DNA of 64,000 bases from Eledone cirrhosa. Its lineage: Eukaryota. The notes below the pieces were generated by a model. It ran no database searches, was not told where the DNA came from, and saw only the letters and a program-made list of their open reading frames with translations. The stretch lies in contig OZ024745.1 of assembly GCA_964016885.1 (NCBI GenBank), forward strand, positions 10,106,001-10,170,000, in the 5' to 3' direction. A program made the translations under genes and the position numbers. Below are positions 1 through 14,900 of the stretch, piece after piece. The first letter of the stretch is position 1, and every line of letters starts with the position of its first letter.

Positions 1-2541
1 ATTGATTGGAACAGTAGAGTAATATAGTAGTGGTAGCTTCCACAAGGTGATAAATGTTGAGGAAAATACAAAATTACCATTAGACAGTATGAGGAGGTAT
101 GTATGTGTGTGGATCTATAACTCCTGATTGAGTTGTAGGGGTGCTGTAGTGACATGTCTCTGGTGGAGTCCATCCTCTCCTTAGGTCTCAATCCCAGTAT
201 TGAACTGGTCTTTTATTGACCCCAAACGGACAAGAGACAAAGATGACCTGGGTGGAATTTAAGTACAGAGAGATCCAGAACAAATACCACAAAGTATTCT
301 ATCTGGCATTCTAACAACTCTGCCAAATTGTCACCTAACAAGAAGCCACCATGTAAACCCAGGAAATTAATGACATATGAACTCATGTCAACTTTACAAG
401 AAACTGTTCAGATAAACCTTCATGTGTGTTGAATGACAAAACCATATATATATTTTTGATGATGATACATGTTGCTGTTTATATTTAATGGTGCTACATG
501 TTGCTGTGTGTATGTGTGTGTGTGTGTTTGATGATGCTACATGTTGCTATATATATATATATATTTGATGATGCTACATGTTGTGAGATTCTCTGCCCCT
601 CCAACCTAGTTGGCCACAACCCCAGCACTGCAGCCTGCAATGTAGAGGACAGGAAGACAAATACCAGGGCTTGTCCAGCTGCTTTCTCTTTACACTGGTT
701 ACCATTGAGATCTCAGACATCGTTGGACCCCATATAGCTGATCTCCTCCATAAAACCTGAAGAAGGAGCATTGCAAGGTGGGGTGGCTGTTGCAGCAGGT
801 GTTGCTGACCATTGTCCATGGCAATGAATTTACCATTTTGTCCGTGGGGTACAGTTAAAACACCACTCTGACTTAGGGGTAGAGCGTCACCCTTACACCT
901 TCCTTTTGTACTTAACAACCCTTGCCCTTTTCCTCTCAGTCTTTTGCAATGCTACTTTCTTATCCTTTATATTTTGCTAAATATTAAATTCTTGACTATT
1001 TGAAGAGGAATTGGAAGTGAAACAAAGTGACTGCTTTTGTGGGAAAAAGACAATGATGAAGGTTTCCAATGCTACCCTACTACAATATTTAAAGTAGATT
1101 TTAGATATATTGGTTCTATCAAATCTATATCTTCACTGTCTTCACCCATTGGAAATGTACTATTGATCACAGAATTATTGATTTCTTTAAATTATATACT
1201 TTCATGGAATCTAATGTCCTATGATGATACGAAACATCTCTAAAATTTCTTATTTTACTATCAGTTAAGTTTGGTATTCCCTAATTGCTGAGACAACCTT
1301 CCATACTTTCTATTTAGAGAATTAATAGATTTACACATTTTCTTCTCTTTTTTTTTTGAAGCAATCAACAAGATCCCAGACCTCACTTGCTTACCAAGTG
1401 GGGTGGAACTCCTCAAATCGGACCAAGGAAACAATGTTTCCATTGGTCTTTCCAACTTCTGGCAGAAAGAGCAATGTGAAATAAAAGGTCTGGGAATTGA
1501 ACTAACAACCTCACGATTGCAAATCCAATTCTCTAACCACTAAATCACACACCTTACAAATTTAAGATATTGTTAATTGAATTGTTTTAAAAGCTCAACC
1601 TTATTTGCTGATGTTTAACCAACAATTTATAGCACAAAGCATTGCATAAAAATATAATGGATGAAAAAGAAACTCAATTAATATACAATTATTAAATGGA
1701 AAATAAAGCAAAACAGAAACAATTTATGACAAAAAATCATTAAAACAAGAAACACTCAATGAAATAAGTTTCTTAAAATTTTACTGATATTAGTACACTG
1801 TACTAACATTAGTAATATATCCTATAATACAGTAGATATTAAGTCAAGACTTAAGTTTTTAAAATGTCCAATTACCCCCCTCCCCTCAATAAACCACTAA
1901 TAGGTATTCCCTACATTACTCTATGTTGTATATTTTAACATTTATTTAAATGTGATTTTCTATGTTTTTATAAGGTGTTTTTTTTTTAGTGTTTTCTATG
2001 GTTCAATACTTTTGTCAGATGTAAAGTTGAGTCAACATAACACAAGGTTTATTTTTGCCATACAATATTATGAAAAGCTGCCGTAACTTCTAAAATGATG
2101 AAACTCAAAATGACATACGTCGAGGTATACCTGTATTTATTAATTTTTTCTTGTTTCCCTGACAATGATCAAATATTTCTTTGTTAAAAAGAGAAATATT
2201 TAGGCCCCCAGACATCCATTTTAGATATTCTGTTTTCAAACCATAATGGCATTGAAAAACTAACAAAAACAAACATTTATACTGATAGTCTGCAATGTTA
2301 AAAAGGTAGAGATTCTTCTTCCATAAAATATTAAACGATTTTAATATGATTGACAATCAAAGCTAAAAGATAAACATGTTTTATAGCATTAACCAATAGC
2401 TAATATTTAGTTTAGTAGAAGCTAAAAGAGGAAAATTAACATCCATGTTATAGTCAACAAAAAACATGTACATCAAAGTAGTTTCAACAAATCATAAACA
2501 AAACCCAGTCAATAAATCAATAATATATAAAAATTACTAAC

Positions 2542-2625
2542 CTCTATTCTTGACTTGAGATGTCTCTCATGGGATTCTCCAAGTTTTTCCTTCGATGAAT
2601 AAGACCGCACTTCGTCTTTAAGTAG
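2542..2625 (-). CDS. Internal coding exon J (84 nt, phase 0/0): LLKDEVRSYSSKEKLGESHERHLKSRIE
   Basis: Acceptor ttttctaaag|CTA, donor GAG|gttagt; 84 nt, stop-free; a more divergent repeat with conserved hydrophobic spacing. Confidence 0.78.
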
Positions 2626-3291
2626 CTTTAGAAAATATAAAAATGACAATAATTCAAAATTTCATAGGAACAATAACCCCAGAATAAAATAGCTACAACA
2701 TTTTTAAAAGCAAACAAAAAAACAAATATTTATGGAAGCCCACAATATACGATGCAACAGAGAGAGGGAGAGAGAGAGAGATAGAGATAGAGAGAGAGAG
2801 AAATAGAGAGAGACATACACACACACAAAGACAGACAGACATGCACAGATATTTTTTCTACATATACACAAGGGACTAAGCCATAAATCTAGAAGTCTCT
2901 GTGGCACTTAAGTGCTCTTCAGTCCACAAGAGAAAAGAAAAATCAATGAAATATCAATACATATTGTATTATCTGGATTTAGTGAACCTCCATTGGAAAT
3001 AGACTCTACATCTGAGTGGTTGGCATTGGGAAAATACAAGTCTTGCTTTTATCTGAACTTGCAAAAACCACCCAACTGGTACCAGCTTAAATAACATTTA
3101 GAAATAATAGTAAAACATTTTCAGGAATGCCATTTAACTATTAACTTGTTGACTGTTGCGTATATTTTACACAGCTACAGTTGCTGTGTTGGGTTTTATT
3201 TCAGTAAAATCACTATTTTGATTGACAAACATCAATAAACTAGTAACCCCATCTAGATTTGAAGTTATGAACTGTTGGAAATGAGTTCAAA

Positions 3292-5251
3292 CATGCTAGG
3301 ACAAGTTATCTCATCTGTGGGACTGGAATGCCTACATGTTAGGACAAGTTATCTTGTCTGTGGGACTGGAATGCCTACATGTTAGGACGAGTTATCTATC
3401 TGTGGGACTGGAATGCCTACATGTTAGGATGAGTTATCTCATCTGTGGGACTGGAATGCCTACATGTTAGGACGAGTTATCTATCTGTGGGACTGGAATG
3501 CCTACATGTTAGGATGAGTTATCTCATCTGTGGGACTGGAATGCCTACATGTTAGGACGAGTTATCTCATCTGTGGGACTGGAATGCCTACATGTTAGGA
3601 CAAGTTATCTTGTCTGTGGGACTGGAATGCCTACATGTTAGGACGAGTTATCTCATCTGTGGGACTGGAATGCCTACATGTTAGGATGAGTTATCTCATC
3701 TGTGGGACTGGAATGCCTACATGTTAGGACAAGTTATCTTGTCTGTGGGACTGGAATGCCTACATGTTAGGATGAGTTATCTTGTCTGTGGGACTGGAAT
3801 GCCTACATGTTAGGACGAGTTATCTAATCTGTGGGACTGGAATGCCTACATGTTAGGACAAGTTATCTTGTCTGTGGGACTGGAATGCCTACATGTTAGG
3901 ACAAGTTATCTCATCTGTGGGACTGGAATGCCTACATGTTAGGACAAGTTATCTTGTCTGTGGGACTAGAATGCCTACATGTTAGGACAAGTTATCTCAT
4001 CTGTGGGACTGGAATGCCTACATGTTAGGACAAGTTATCTTGTCTGTGGGACTGGAATGCCTACATGTTAGGACAAGTTATCTCATCTGTGGGACTGGAA
4101 TGCCTACATGTTAGGACAAGTTATCTCATCTGTGGGACTGGAATGCCTACATGTTAGGACAAGTTATCTTGTCTGTGGGACTGGAATGCCTACATGTTAG
4201 GATGAGTTATCTTGTCTGTGGGACTGGAATGCCTACATGTTAGGACGAGTTATCTAATCTGTGGGACTGGAATGCCTACATGTTAGGACAAGTTATCTCA
4301 TGTGGGACTGGAATGCCTACATGTTAGGACGAGTTATCTCATCTGTGGGACTGTAATGCCTACATGTTAGGACAAGTTATCTCATCTGTGGGACTGGAAT
4401 GCCTACATGTTAGGACAAGTTATCTCATCTGTGGGACTGGAATGTAAACATGTTAGGATGAGTTATCTCATCTGGGGGACTGTAATGCCTACATGTTAGG
4501 ACAAGTTATCTCATCTGTGGGACTGGAATGCCTACATGTTAGGACAAGTTATCTCATCTGTGGGACTGGAATGTAAACATGTTAGGACAAGTTATCTCAT
4601 CTGTGGGACTGTAATGCCTACATGTTAGGACAAGTTATCTCATCTGTGGGACTGGAATGCCTACATGTTAGGACAAGTTATCTCATCTGTGGGACTGGAA
4701 TGTAAACATGTTAGGACAAGTTATCTCATCTGTGGGACTGTAATGCCTACATGTTAGGACAAGTTATCTCATCTGTGGGACTGGAATGCCTACATGTTAG
4801 GACAAGTTATCTCATCTGTGGGACTGGAATGTAAACATGTTAGGACAAGTTATCTCATCTGTGGGACTGTAATGCCTACATGTTAGGACAAGTTATCTCA
4901 TCTGTGGGACTGGAATGCCTACATGTTAGGACAAGTTATCTCATCTGTGGGACTGGAATGTAAACATGTTAGGACAAGTTATCTCATCTGTGGGACTGTA
5001 ATGCCTACATGTTAGGACAAGTTATCTCATCTGTGGGACTGTAATGCCTACATGTTAGGACAAGTTATCTCATCTGTGGGACTGGAATGTAAACATGTTA
5101 GGACAAGTTATCTCATCTGTGGGACTGTAATGCCTACATGTTAGGACAAGTTATCTCATCTGTGGGACTGGAATGCCTACATGTTAGGACAAGTTATCTC
5201 ATCTGTGGGACTGGAATGTAAACATGTTAGGACGAGTTATCTCGTCTATGG
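3292..5251. repeat. 43-bp minisatellite (catgttaggacaagttatctcatctgtgggactggaatgccta), ~45 copies; 129-bp trimer higher-order repeat in the right half
   Basis: Direct tandem periodicity; the 'aatgtaaa' variant recurs at 4441, 4570 and 4699 (period 129). Confidence 0.97.
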
Positions 5252-5544
5252 CAATGGAGTATCACATGTAACCACATTAACAAACACATTCTTGGGAAAG
5301 TATAAAACAGAACTATGAAAAATACAAAACAGCATCTCATTGAAAATTGAAGTCCTTACACTAATATCACAATTTTTCACAGCAATCTGTCGACTAGTAA
5401 AGATACTGCAAACATTTGAATTAACAAATCAACTTTTAAATATTTTCTCCTAAACCATTTCAGGATGTTAATTAGGCACAATGACTTTTGTAATTTAACT
5501 TTACCTATATGCCTATAATACATATATATTTATATACATATATG

Positions 5545-5669
5545 TCTAACCCATACTAGCGTGGAAGATGGACATTAAACGATGATGATACATATATATA
5601 TATATTTATATATTTATACATATGATCATCTAACCCATGCTAGCGTGGAAGATGGACGTTAAACGATGA

Positions 5670-5725
<56 letters not shown>

Positions 5726-5782
5726 GATCATCTAACCCATGCTAGCGTGGAAGATGGACGTTAAACGATGATATATATATAT
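5545..5782 (+). repeat. Three tandem copies of an RTE-type 3' tail (ctaacccatgctagcgtggaagatggacgttaaacgatgat) separated by (TA)n
   Basis: Near-identical to the end of the LINE at 61785-61830. Confidence 0.85.
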
Positions 5783-5848
5783 AAGGATAGATTTTCTTAC
5801 CACAAAGTAAAAAGACTAACCAAAATTGAGTAATATAGAAAACCAAAC

Positions 5849-5923
5849 CTTTATTTTCTCCTCTAACTGCTTTTCAGTTGCATCAGCCTGCTTCGCTTTC
5901 TTGTCCATTAGTTGTTCTAAATC
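5849..5923 (-). CDS. Internal coding exon I (75 nt, phase 0/0): DLEQLMDKKAKQADATEKQLEEKIK
   Basis: Acceptor tttctttcttcttag|GAT, donor AAG|gtttgg; 25-aa variant that starts xLE and ends EKIK like the others. Confidence 0.82.
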
Positions 5924-5983
5924 CTAAGAAGAAAGAAATAACATAACTTAAAAGAGGAGGAGGGGCAGGGATCAACTTTTGTT

Positions 5984-8900
5984 TTAACCCTTTAGTTACC
6001 AAGCCAGCTAAACCCAGCTCTGGTTCTATGAAATAAAACCACTTATTCTAACCTTTTAGTTACCAACCCAGCTCTGGTTCTATTAAATAAAACCAGCTAT
6101 TCTAACCCTTTAGTTACCAACCCAGCTTTGGTTCTATTAAATAAAACCACCTATTCTAACCCTTTAGTTACCAACCCAGCTCTGGTTCTATGAAATAAAA
6201 CCACCTATTCTAACCCTTTAGTTACCAACCCAGCTTTGGTTCTATTAAATAAAACCACCTATTCTAACCCTTTAGTTACCAACCCAGCTTTGGTTCTATT
6301 AAATAAAACCAGCTATTCTAACCCTTTAGTTACCAACCCAGCTTTGGTTCTATTAAATAAAACCAGCTATTCTAACCCTTTAGTTACCAACCCAGCTTTG
6401 GTTCTATTAAATAAAACCAGCTATTCTAACCCTTTAGTTACCAACCCAGCTCTGGTTCTATTAAATAAAACCACCTATTCTAACCCTTTAATTACCAACC
6501 CAGCTTTGGTTCTATTAAATAAAACCACCTATTCTAACCCTTTAGTTACCAACCCAGCTCTGGTTCTATGAAATAAAACCACTTATTCTAACCCTTTAGT
6601 TATCAACCCAGCTCTGGTTCTATGAAATAAAACCACCTATTCTAACCCTTTAGTTACCATCCCAGCTTTGGTTCAATTAAATAAAACCAGCTATTCTAAC
6701 CCTTTAGTTACCATCCCAGCTTTGGTTCTATTAAATAAAACCACCTATTCTAACCCTTTAGTTACCATCCCAGCTTTGGTTCTATTAAATAAAACCACCT
6801 ATTCTAACCCTTTAGTTACCAATCCAGCTCTGGTTCTATGAAATAAAACCAGCTATTCTAACCCTTTAGTTACCATCCCAGCTTTGGTTCTATTAAATAA
6901 AACCACCTATTCTAACCCTTTAGTTACCATCCCAGCTTTGGTTCTATTAAATAAAACCACCTATTCTAACCCTTTAGTTACCAACTCAGCTTTGGTTCTA
7001 TTAAAAAAACCCAGCTATTCTAACCCTTTAGTTACCATCCCAGCTTTGGTTCTATTAAATAAAACCACCTATTCTAACCCTTTAGTTACCAACCCAGCTT
7101 TGGTTCTATTAAATAAAACCACCTATTCTAACCCTTTAGTTACCAACCCAGCTTTGGTTCTATTAAATAAAACCAGCTATTCTAACCCTTTAGTTACCAA
7201 CCCAGCTTTGGTTCTATTAAATAAAACCAGCTATTCTAACCCTTTAGTTACCAACCCAGCTTTGGTTCTATTAAATAAAACCAGCTATTCTAACCCTTTA
7301 GTTACCATCCCAGCTCTGGTTCTATTAAATAAAACCACCTATTCTAACCCTTTAGTTACCATCCCAGCTTTGGTCCTATTAAATAAAACCAGCTATTCTA
7401 ACCCTTTAGTTACCAACCCAGCTTTGGTTCTATTAAATAAAACCAGCTATTCTAACCCTTTAGTTACCATCCCAGCTTTGGTTCTATTAAATAAAACCAG
7501 CTATTCTAACCCTTTAGTTACCAACCCCGCTTTGGTTCTATTAAATAAAACCAGCTATTCTAACCCTTTAGTTACCATCCCAGCTTTGGTTCTATTAAAT
7601 AAAACCACCTATTCTAACCCTTTAGTTACCAACCCAGCTTTGGTTCTATTAAATAAAACCACCTATTCTAACCCTTTAGTTACTAACCCAGCTTTGGTTC
7701 TATTAAATAAAACCAGCTATTCTAACCCTTTAGTTACCATCCCAGCTTTGATTCTATTAAATAAAACCAGCTATTCTAACCCTTTAGTTACCAACCCAGC
7801 TTTGGTTCTATTAAATAAAACCACCTATTCTAACCCTTTAGTTACCAACCCAGCTTTGGTTCTATTAAATAAAACCAGCTATTCTAACCCTTTAGTTACC
7901 AACCCAGCTTTGGTTCTATTAAATAAAACCACCTATTCTAACCCTTTAGTTACCAACCCACCTTTGGTTCTATTAAATAAAACCAGCTATTCTAACCCTT
8001 TAGTTACCAACCCAGCTTTGGTTCTATTAAATAAAACCAGCTATTCTAACCCTTTAGTTACCAACCCAGCATTGGTTCTATTAAATAAAACCAGCTATTC
8101 TAACCCTTTAGTTACCAACCCAGCTTTGGTTCTATTAAATAAAACCAGCTATTCTAACCCTTTAGTTACCAACCCAGCTTTGGTTCTATTAAATAAAACC
8201 AGCTATTCTAACCCTTTAGTTACCATCCCAGCTTTGGTTCTATTAAATAAAACCAGCTATTCTAACCCTTTAGTTACCAACCCAGTTTTGGTTCTATTAA
8301 ATAAAACCAGCTATTCTAACCCTTTAGTTACCAACCCAGCTTTGGTTCTATTAAATAAAACCAGCTATTCTAACACTTTAGTTACCAACCCAGCTTTGGT
8401 TCTATTAAATAAAACCAGCTATTCTAACCCTTTAGTTACCAACCCAGCTTTGGTTCTATTAAATAAAACCAGCTATTCTAACACTTTAGTTACCAACCCA
8501 GCTTTGGTTCTATTAAATAAAACCAGCTATTCTAACCCTTTAGTTACCAACCCAGCTTTGGTTCTATTAAATAAAACCAGCTATTCTAACCCTTTAGTTA
8601 CCAACCCAGCTTTGGTTCTATTAAATAAAACCACCTATTCTAACCCTTTAGTTACCAACCCAGCTTTGGTTCTATTAAATAAAACCACCTATTCTAACCC
8701 TTTAGTTACCAACCCACCTTTGGTTCTATTAAATAAAACCAGCTATTCTAACCCTTTAGTTACCAACCCAGCTTTGGTTCTATTAAATAAAACCAGCTAT
8801 TCTAACCCTTTAGTTACCAACCCAGCTTTGGTTCTATTAAATAAAACCAGCTATTCTAACCCTTTAGTTACCAACCCAACTTTGGTTCTATTAAATAAAA

Positions 8901-11900
8901 CCAGCTATTCTAACCCTTTAGTTACCATCCCAGCTTTGGTTCTATTAAATAAAACCAGCTATTCTAACCCTTTAGTTACCAACCCAGCTTTGGTTCTATT
9001 AAATAAAACCAGCTATTCTAACCCTTTAGTTACCAACCCAACTTTGGTTCTATTAAATAAAACCAGCTATTCTAACCCTTTAGTTACCAACCCAGCTTTG
9101 GTTCTATTAAATAAAACCAGCTATTCTAACCCTTTAGTTACCAACCCAGCTTTGGTTCTATTAAATAAAACCAGCTATTCTAACCCTTTAGTTACCAACC
9201 CAGCTTTGGTTCTATTAAATAAAACCAGCTATTCTAACCCTTTAGTTACCAACCCAGCTTTGGTTCTATTAAATAAAACCACCTATTCTAACCCTTTAGT
9301 TACCAACCCAGCGTTGGTTCTATTAAATAAAACCAGCTATTCTAACCCTTTAGTTACCAACCCAGCTTTGGTTCTATTAAATAAAACCAGCTATTCTAAC
9401 CCTTTAGTTAACAACCCAGCTTTGGTTCTATTAAATAAAACCAGCTATTCTAACCCTTTAGTTACCAACCCCGCTTTGGTTCTATTAAATAAAACCAGCT
9501 ATTCTAACCCTTTAGTTACCAACCCAGCTTTGGTTCTATTAAATAAAACCAGCTATTCTAACCCTTTAGTTACCATCCCAGCTTTGGTTCTATTAAATAA
9601 AACCAGCTATTCTAACCCTTTAGTTACCATCCCAGCTCTGGTTCTATTAAATAAAACCACCTATTCTAACCCTTTAGTTACCATCCCAGCTTTGGTTCTA
9701 TTAAATAAAACCAGCTATTCTAACCCTTTAGTTACCAACCCAGCTTTGGTTCTATTAAATAAAACCAGCTATTCTAACCCTTTAGTTACCATCCCAGCTT
9801 TGGTTCTATTAAATAAAACCAGCTATTCTAACCCTTTAGTTACCAACCCAGCTTTGGTTCTATTAAATAAAACCAGCTATTCTAACCCTTTAGTTACCAT
9901 CCCAGCTTTGGTTCTATTAAATAAAACCACCTATTCTAACCCTTTAGTTACCAACCCAGCTTTGGTTCTATTAAATAAAACCACCTATTCTAACCCTTTA
10001 GTTACCAACCCAGCTTTGGTTCTATTAAATAAAACCAGCTATTCTAACCCTTTAGTTACCAACCCAGCTTTGGTTCTATTAAATAAAACCAGCTATTCTA
10101 ACCCTTTAGTTACCAACCCAGCTTTGGTTCTATTAAATAAAACCAGCTATTCTAACCCTTTAGTTACCAACCCAGCTTTGGTTCTATTAAATAAAACCAC
10201 CTATTCTAACCCTTTAGTTACCAACCCAGCTTTGGTTCTATTAAATAAAACCAGCTATTCTAACCCTTTAGTTACCAACCCAGCATTGGTTCTATTAAAT
10301 AAAACCAGCTATTCTAACCCTTTAGTTACCAACCCAGCTTTGGTTCTATTAAATAAAACCAGCTATTCTAACCCTTTAGTTACCAACCCAGCTTTGGTTC
10401 TATTAAATAAAACCAGCTATTCTAACCCTTTAGTTACCAACCCAGCTTTGGTTCTATTAAATAAAACCAGCTATTCTAACCCTTTAGTTACCATCCCAGC
10501 TTTGGTTCTATTAAATAAAACCACCTATTCTAACCCTTTAGTTACCAACCCAGCTTTGGTTCTATTAAATAAAACCAGCTATTCTAACCCTTTAGTTACC
10601 AACCCAACTTTGGTTCTATTAAATAAAACCACCTATTCTAACCCTTTAGTTACCAACCCAGCTTTGGTTCTATTAAATAAAACCAGCTATTCTAACCCTT
10701 TAGTTAGCATCCCAGCTTTGATTCTATTAAATAAAACCAGCTATTCTAACCCTTTAGTTACCAACCCAGCTTTGGTTCTATTAAATAAAACCAGCTATTC
10801 TAACCCTTTAGTTACCATCCCAGCTTTGGTTCTATTAAATAAAACCAGCTATTCTAACCCTTTAGTTACCAACCCAGCTTTGGTTCTATTAAATAAAACC
10901 AGCTATTCTAACCCTTTAGTTACCATCCCAGCTTTGGTTCTATTAAATAAAACCAGCTATTCTAACCCTTTAGTTACCAACCCAGCTTTGGTTCTATTAA
11001 ATAAAACCAGCTATTCTAACCCTTTAGTTACCAACCCAGCTTTGGTTCTATTAAATAAAACCACCTATTCTAACCCTTTAGTTACCAACCCAGCTTTGGT
11101 TCTATTAAATAAAACCAGCTATTCTAACCCTTTAGTTACCAACCCAGCTTTGGTTCTATTAAATAAAACCACCTATTCTAACCCTTTAGTTACCAACCCA
11201 GCTTTGGTTCTATTAAATAAAACCACCTATTCTAACCCTTTAGTTACCAACCCAGCTTTGGTTCTATTAAATAAAACCAGCTATTCTAACCCTTTAGTTA
11301 CCAACCCAGCTTTGGTTCTATTAAATAAAACCAGCTATTCTAACCCTTTAGTTACCAACCCAGCTTTGGTTCTATTAAATAAAACCAGCTATTCTAACCC
11401 TTTAGTTACCAACCCAGCTTTGGTTCTATTAAATAAAACCAGCTATTCTAACCCTTTAGTTACCATCCCAGCTTTGGTTCTATTAAATAAAACCACCTAT
11501 TCTAACCCTTTAGTTACCAACCCAGCTTTGGTTCTATTAAATAAAACCAGCTATTCTAACCCTTTAGTTACCAACCCAACTTTGGTTCTATTAAATAAAA
11601 CCACCTATTCTAACCCTTTAGTTACCAACCCAGCTTTGGTTCTATTAAATAAAACCAGCTATTCTAACCCTTTAGTTACCATCCCAGCTTTGATTCTATT
11701 AAATAAAACCAGCTATTCTAACCCTTTAGTTACCAACCCAGCTTTGGTTCTATTAAATAAAACCAGCTATTCTAACCCTTTAGTTACCATCCCAGCTTTG
11801 GTTCTATTAAATAAAACCAGCTATTCTAACCCTTTAGTTACCAACCCAGCTTTGGTTCTATTAAATAAAACCAGCTATTCTAACACTTTAGTTACCAACC

Positions 11901-14900
11901 CAGCTTTGGTTCTATTAAATAAAACCAGCTATTCTAACCCTTTAGTTACCAACCCAGCTTTGGTTCTATTAAATAAAACCAGCTATTCTAACCCTTTAGT
12001 TACCAACCCAGCTTTGGTTCTATTAAATAAAACCAGCTATTCTAACCCTTTAGTTACCAACCCAGCTTTGGTTCTATTAAATAAAACCAGCTATTCTAAC
12101 CCTTTAGTTACCAACCCAGCTTTGGTTCTATTAAATAAAACCAGCTATTCTAACCCTTTAGTTACCATCCCAGCTTTGATTCTATTAAATAAAACCAGCT
12201 ATTCTAACCCTTTAGTTACCAACCCAGCTTTGGTTCTATTAAATAAAACCAGCTATTCTAACCCTTTAGTTACCATCCCAGCTTTGGTTCTATTAAATAA
12301 AACCAGCTATTCTAACCCTTTAGTTACCAACCCAGCTTTGGTTCTATTAAATAAAACCAGCTATTCTAACACTTTAGTTACCAACCCAGCTTTGGTTCTA
12401 TTAAATAAAACCAGCTATTCTAACCCTTTAGTTACCAACCCAGCTTTGGTTCTATTAAATAAAACCAGCTATTCTAACCCTTTAGTTACCAACCCAGCTT
12501 TGGTTCTATTAAATAAAACCAGCTATTCTAACCCTTTAGTTACCAACCCAGCTTTGGTTCTATTAAATAAAACCAGCTATTCTAACCCTTTAGTTACCAA
12601 CCCAGCTTTGGTTCTATTAAATAAAACCATCTATTCTAACCCTTTAGTTACCAACCCAGCTTTGGTTCTATTAAATAAAACCACCTATTCTAACCCTTTA
12701 GTTACCAACCCAGCTTTGGTTCTATTAAATAAAACCAGCTATTCTAACCCTTTAGTTACCAACCCAGCTTTGGTTCTATTAAATAAAACCAGCTATTCTA
12801 ACCCTTTAGTTACCAACCTAGCTTAGGTTCTATTAAATAAAACCAGCTATTCTAACCCTTTAGTTACCAACCCAGCTTTGGTTCTATTAAATAAAACCAG
12901 CTATTCTAACCCTTTAGTTACCAACCCAGCTTTGGTTCTATTAAATAAAACCACCTATTCTAACCCTTTAGTTACCAACCCAGCTTTGGTTCTATTAAAT
13001 AAAACCAGCTATTCTAACCCTTTAGTTACCAACCCAGCTTTGGTTCTATTAAATAAAACCAGCTATTCTAACCCTTTAGTTACCAACCCAGCTTTGGTTC
13101 TATTAAATAAAACCAGCTATTCTAACCCTTTAGTTACCATCCCAGCTCTGGTTCTATTAAATAAAACCAGCTATTCTAACCCTTTAGTTACCATCCCAGC
13201 TTTGGTTCTATTAAATAGAACCACCTATTCTAACCCTTTAGTTACCATCCCAGCTCTGGTTCTATTAAATAAAACCAGCTATTCTAACCCTTTAGTTACC
13301 ATCCCAGCTTTGATTCTATTAAATAAAACCAGCTATTCTAACCCTTTAGTTACCAACCCAGTTTTGGTTCTATTAAATAAAACCAGCTATTCTAACCCTT
13401 TAGTTACCATCCCAGCTTTGGTTCTATTAAATAAAACCAGCTATTCTAACCCTTTAGTTACCAACCCAGCTTTGGTTCTATTAAATAAAACCAGCTATTC
13501 TAACACTTTAGTTACCAACCCAGCTTTGGTTCTATTAAATAAAACCAGCTATTCTAACCCTTTAGTTACCAACCCAGCTTTGGTTCTATTAAATAAAACC
13601 AGCTATTCTAACCCTTTAGTTACCAACCCAGCTTTGGTTCTATTAAATAAAACAAGCTATTCTAACCCTTTAGTTACCAACCCAGCTTTGGTTCTATTAA
13701 ATAAAACCACCTATTCTAACCCTTTAGTTACCAACCCAGCTTTGGTTCTATTAAATAAAACCAGCTATTCTAACACTTTAGTTACCAACCCAGCTTTGGT
13801 TCTATTAAATAAAACCAGCTATTCTAACCCTTTAGTTACCAACCCAGCTTTGGTTCTATTAAATAAAACCAGCTATTCTAACCCTTTAGTTACCAACCCA
13901 GCTTTGGTTCTATTAAATAAAACCAGCTATTCTAACCCTTTAGTTACCAACCCAGCTTTGGTTCTATTAAATAAAACCAGCTATTCTAACCCTTTAGTTA
14001 CCAACCCAGCTTTGGTTCTATTAAATAAAACCAGCTATTCTAACCCTTTAGTTACCAACCCAGCTTTGGTTCTATTAAATAAAACCACCTATTCTAACCC
14101 TTTAGTTACCAACCCAGCTTTGGTTCTATTAAATAAAACCAGCTATTCTAACCCTTTAGTTACCAACCCAGCTTTGGTTCTATTAAATAAAACCAGCTAT
14201 TCTAACCCTTTAGTTACCAACCCAGCTTTGGTTCTATTAAATAAAACCAGCTATTCTAACCCTTTAGTTACCAACCCAGCTTTGGTTCTATTAAATAAAA
14301 CCAGCTATTCTAACCCTTTAGTTACCATCCCAGCTTTGGTTCTATTAAATAAAACCACCTATTCTAACCCTTTAGTTACCAACCCAGCTTTGGTTCTATT
14401 AAATAAAACCAGCTATTCTAACCCTTTAGTTACCAACCCAACTTTGGTTCTATTAAATAAAACCACCTATTCTAACCCTTTAGTTACCAACCCAGCTTTG
14501 GTTCTATTAAATAAAACCAGCTATTCTAACCCTTTAGTTACCATCCCAGCTTTGATTCTATTAAATAAAACCAGCTATTCTAACCCTTTAGTTACCAACC
14601 CAGCTTTGGTTCTATTAAATAAAACCAGCTATTCTAACCCTTTAGTTACCATCCCAGCTTTGGTTCTATTAAATAAAACCAGCTATTCTAACCCTTTAGT
14701 TACCAACCCAGCTTTGGTTCTATTAAATAAAACCAGCTATTCTAACACTTTAGTTACCAACCCAGCTTTGGTTCTATTAAATAAAACCAGCTATTCTAAC
14801 CCTTTAGTTACCAACCCAGCTTTGGTTCTATTAAATAAAACCAGCTATTCTAACCCTTTAGTTACCAACCCAGCTTTGGTTCTATTAAATAAAACCAGCT

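Noticed and set aside
574-918. 114-aa minus-strand ORF as a further exon
   Set aside because: No repeat motif and no convincing splice pair; looks like a decayed interspersed repeat.
3292-5251. Compensatory base changes implying a conserved RNA hairpin
   Set aside because: Mismatched combinations (gacaag with ctcatc) are the most common; CpG deamination explains the pattern.
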